Below are positions 60,617-64,000 of a stretch of 64,000 nt of DNA, in pieces. Origin of the DNA: Eledone cirrhosa (Eukaryota); NCBI GenBank assembly GCA_964016885.1, contig OZ024742.1, positions 325,190,001 to 325,254,000 on the forward strand, given 5' to 3'. Numbering within the stretch: the stretch's first letter is position 1; each line of letters opens with the position of its first letter. The notes beneath the pieces were generated by a model, which made no database searches, was not told the DNA's origin, and saw only the letters and a program-made list of their open reading frames with translations. Both the position numbers and the translations under genes were made by a program.

Positions 60617-60992
60617 AATAGTAGGCAATATAATATATTCATCTCAGCAATAGATTTGCCTATGCAAACATTTTTATTGCTCACTGAAATAAACGTTAGT
60701 ATATGTATTCGCGGAAAGGCATAACCTTATTCCATTTTAAAGGCAATTATGAGTAGATTGCATGAAATAACTATACGTGACATTTTATCACAACGATTCA
60801 GACTTTAATGCCAATTAACCTGCGAAATCTGGCGTAAATAAATGTGTATATAAAGTATTCCACTTAAAATAAACTAATTTATGGCGTTATCCTTTTCATC
60901 ATAACTTCATCATAATGTATTCAAGTGATACACAATGTCAAATAATTTTACAGTTAATTACACGTCTATACATATTCAGTATATAGATCTAA

Positions 60993-61125
60993 TATGTATG
61001 TATGTACGTATGTATGTAAGCATGTATGCATGTATGTATGTATGTATGTATGTATGTATGTATGTATGTATGTATGTATGTATGTATGTATGTATGCATG
61101 CATGTAAGCATGTATGTACGTATGC
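60993..61125. repeat. (ATGT)n microsatellite
   Basis: Read directly from the sequence. Confidence 0.95.
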
Positions 61126-61761
61126 AAATGTCTCTGTATGTAGATATGTACTCCTGGTTTTATAATTTCACAAATGTTTGCCAATAGAGAGAGTCGGTTT
61201 CTAACATAGACACAAGACTCTCTCATTGGAATTTACGCAACATCAACTAGGTGGATATGTATGTATGTTTGTATGCATGCGTGTGTGTGCAAGTTTGAAT
61301 GTTATGTTATATGTGGATGTGTATCTTTTGAGTTATATGTGTGCATGTGCATATGCTTTGTATCTGTACATGTGTATATGCAGTTATTAGATGCCGAATT
61401 TTTTTTATGTTTTATATATTTTTACTGTTCCATTAATGGATTGTACTTGTAACTTTCCAACTAGTCATGTTCTTAATGTTTCTGTGAAGCCCAGCTACTC
61501 AAGATTCGCACTGAGGCAGTTACTAACATTTCCCAGTGCCCCTATAATCACATGCGTAAATCTGAAGGTATAGTCAGGGTGGAGTATCTGTACATTTCTC
61601 ATGAGTTCTGCATAGATATTCTGCATAGATTATCGGCCATTGCCTTTCCCCTGGAGAACAGCATTGGTGTGGAGAGGGAAGACTGGTATGGGTGACTGCT
61701 GGTCTACCACAAACACGGTTTCCTAGGTGCAAAACCATGGTCATTTGTGACGGATGCGGTC

Positions 61762-61820
<59 letters not shown>

Positions 61821-61933
61821 AGGGGGTGTAACTTGGAGTTACTGCAGGTTTACTTGAGCTTATCAGTGGCGAAACTCGCGTCACCTACCAATAAGTGTAT
61901 TGAAGGAGTATCCAATCGTCCTTGTTATACTTT

Positions 61934-62008
<75 letters not shown>

Positions 62009-62809
62009 GGGAGAAAGAAAGATAGAGAGAGATTGATGTATAGACACACTGGCACACACATAGACTCATATGCGCGCGCACACAGTAGCACAAACACAGA
62101 AACACACATAAGAGTTATATTCCAGTACTTTCCTTTGCTCTCCTCTCCCTTCACTATCTTAAAATTGATTCTCTACCATTGTAATTCTGGTAGCAAGATT
62201 TTCCCTTTCTCTATATATTGCTTATTCTGAATCCTTCTCCAGTATAAAATACATATATAAGTAAAAATACTATATATGATGGCATGTGAATATAAATATT
62301 CACTAATGCTTTTGACGATAGCTTCTGTCGTTGTACTACTGCATGAAATCTATTTTCTTTTCAGACTTACCATATATATAGACGAAGACAGTTTTAAATA
62401 TATCTAGCTGAAAATATATATCCGTCTTTATTCTTTAATAACAGCGGAAAACGCTATATAACTCGCATTTTTAATACGGAAATATTTACATGCCAAATCT
62501 TAAAATGTGTTGCCTACTCAGAAAATAAACGTATAATTCTTGAAGTAAACCATAATTTACTTCGACTAATAAACTTCTATCCTGCTATATTTTATGTTAG
62601 CCTCACTAAATGATTTGTCTTATAAGCTTTGGAAATATTCAATCGATACGTTTGAATACCACAATAAAACAGTTGCGATTTGCTGATACTCTAATATATA
62701 TATATATATATATATATGCGCGTGTAATAAATGTATATATAAGATACAGAGAATAGGTTTGTATTTTTGAAAATTATCTTTGTTTACAAACATCGAGGAA
62801 TTTGATAAC

Positions 62810-62906
62810 GAAATAGAGCTTCCGCCGCATTTTTCACAAAGTAGATTAACCAAATAGTTGTAGTTATAAAGAGCCCCAGTAAAAAATACGGCGGAAGCTC
62901 TATTTC
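62810..62906. repeat. Short inverted repeat (~26-bp arms)
   Basis: gaaatagagcttccgccgcatttt / aaaatacggcggaagctctatttc. Confidence 0.75.
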
Positions 62907-62910
62907 ACTC

Positions 62911-62964
<54 letters not shown>

Positions 62965-63616
62965 TTGCCGTTATGAGGCTGTTTGCTTGCAAACGCTTCG
63001 AAAATTAATAATATTATTATAATATTATTATTTACTGAGAATGCATTTACGGATCCACATGCTAGAGCGAAAATAAATTATAGATACTAGCAGAACCCCC
63101 CCCCCCCCTTCGGGTGGTTTTCTGCTAGCTTGTATAGTGTGTATATTGATATTTTACGCAGGTATATATACATGTAGATATGATACATCAAACAAAATCG
63201 TAATTGACAATATACACAGAAATTGAACAAAGATTGCGTTACATTGTCTTATGTAATCAGTAACGTAATCAATGATATATTAAAAAAGACGATATTATAT
63301 ATAAACTGCATTAGGAGAAAATTAGTGACAGAAAATTAGTGTGTTTATTTAATCGATCGCCACCGGTAGTGTTGAGGTCACATACTCTCTCTTTCTTTAT
63401 ATATAGTAGTTGAAGTGGTGGTGGTGGCGATGATATACCAGAAGTGCAACTTTGAAAAGAAGTCAATTTTAAATCATTTATTTTTACGAAATGGAGTAGA
63501 TAAATTATGTAATATTCATTCATTATTTATTCAAAGTAATCCAACTTATTTTACAAACAGGGGGGGGGGGGACCGTACGCAATCCCGCAGACCTTCCTTT
63601 ATTATAGTTTAGATAG

Positions 63617-63647
<31 letters not shown>

Positions 63648-63660
63648 ATTATATATCTAA

Positions 63661-63941
63661 AAAGTCTAAAGTCTGTCTTAAGCCAGAAGGCTCATTTGGC
63701 CGGTGCTTATCCCGGTTTCATGGCGTGAAGCGACTGAGAGTACAAGACTCCCCCCTGGACAGGACACCAGTCCATCGCAGGGTTAAACCTCCAGCTATTG
63801 CTGGTACTCATTTTCAGCTGAGTATACTGGAGCAACGTGAAATAAAGTGTTTTGCTCAATAACACAACACGCAACCCAGAATCGAGCCCACGACATTATG
63901 ATCATAAGTCCAACACTCTTACCACTAGGCCACGTGCCTCC
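63661..63941 (-). mobile_element. Full-length tRNA-derived SINE
   Basis: Minus strand: ggaggcacgTGGCCTAGTGG..GGCTCGATTCT, core ttattgagcaaaacactttatttcacgttgctccag..cagctgaaaatgagtaccagc, (agacttt)-like tail. Confidence 0.85.
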
Positions 63942-64000
63942 ACTATGATTATATATATATGTATATATATATATAATTGATTTTCCTCTAGCCTTGTGGA

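Noticed and set aside
63087-63128. Hairpin ctagcagaa...ttctgctag as a Helitron or MITE end
   Set aside because: No matching other terminus identified; insufficient evidence.

Overview
This is a eukaryotic, AT-rich, microsatellite-laden window with no recognisable host gene. The SINEs and (TA)n/(CA)n/(CTAT)n tracts suggest a cephalopod (Octopus-like) genome, which is an inference. Most of the window is retroelement-derived. (1) Five Tx1/L1-clade non-LTR retrotransposons are stacked head-to-tail in microsatellites: three in an (ATT)n tract (20.9-37.2 kb, one with both ORFs intact) with an antisense R4/Dong-like RLE element between them, and two in a (CTAT)n tract (46.2-54.6 kb). (2) At least four Penelope-like elements (PLEs) are present: a Naiad-type copy with an in-frame TGA at a conserved Cys, two Neptune-type copies, and one further PLE. 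(3) There are many short hammerhead-ribozyme (HHR)-bearing tandem or palindromic PLE remnants, tRNA-derived SINEs and a non-autonomous Helitron. The main leads are: sister Tx1 families with different microsatellite targets; conserved splice donor/acceptor-like signals that exactly bracket Tx1 ORF2; a possible selenocysteine codon in the Naiad PLE; and retrozyme-like HHR units.
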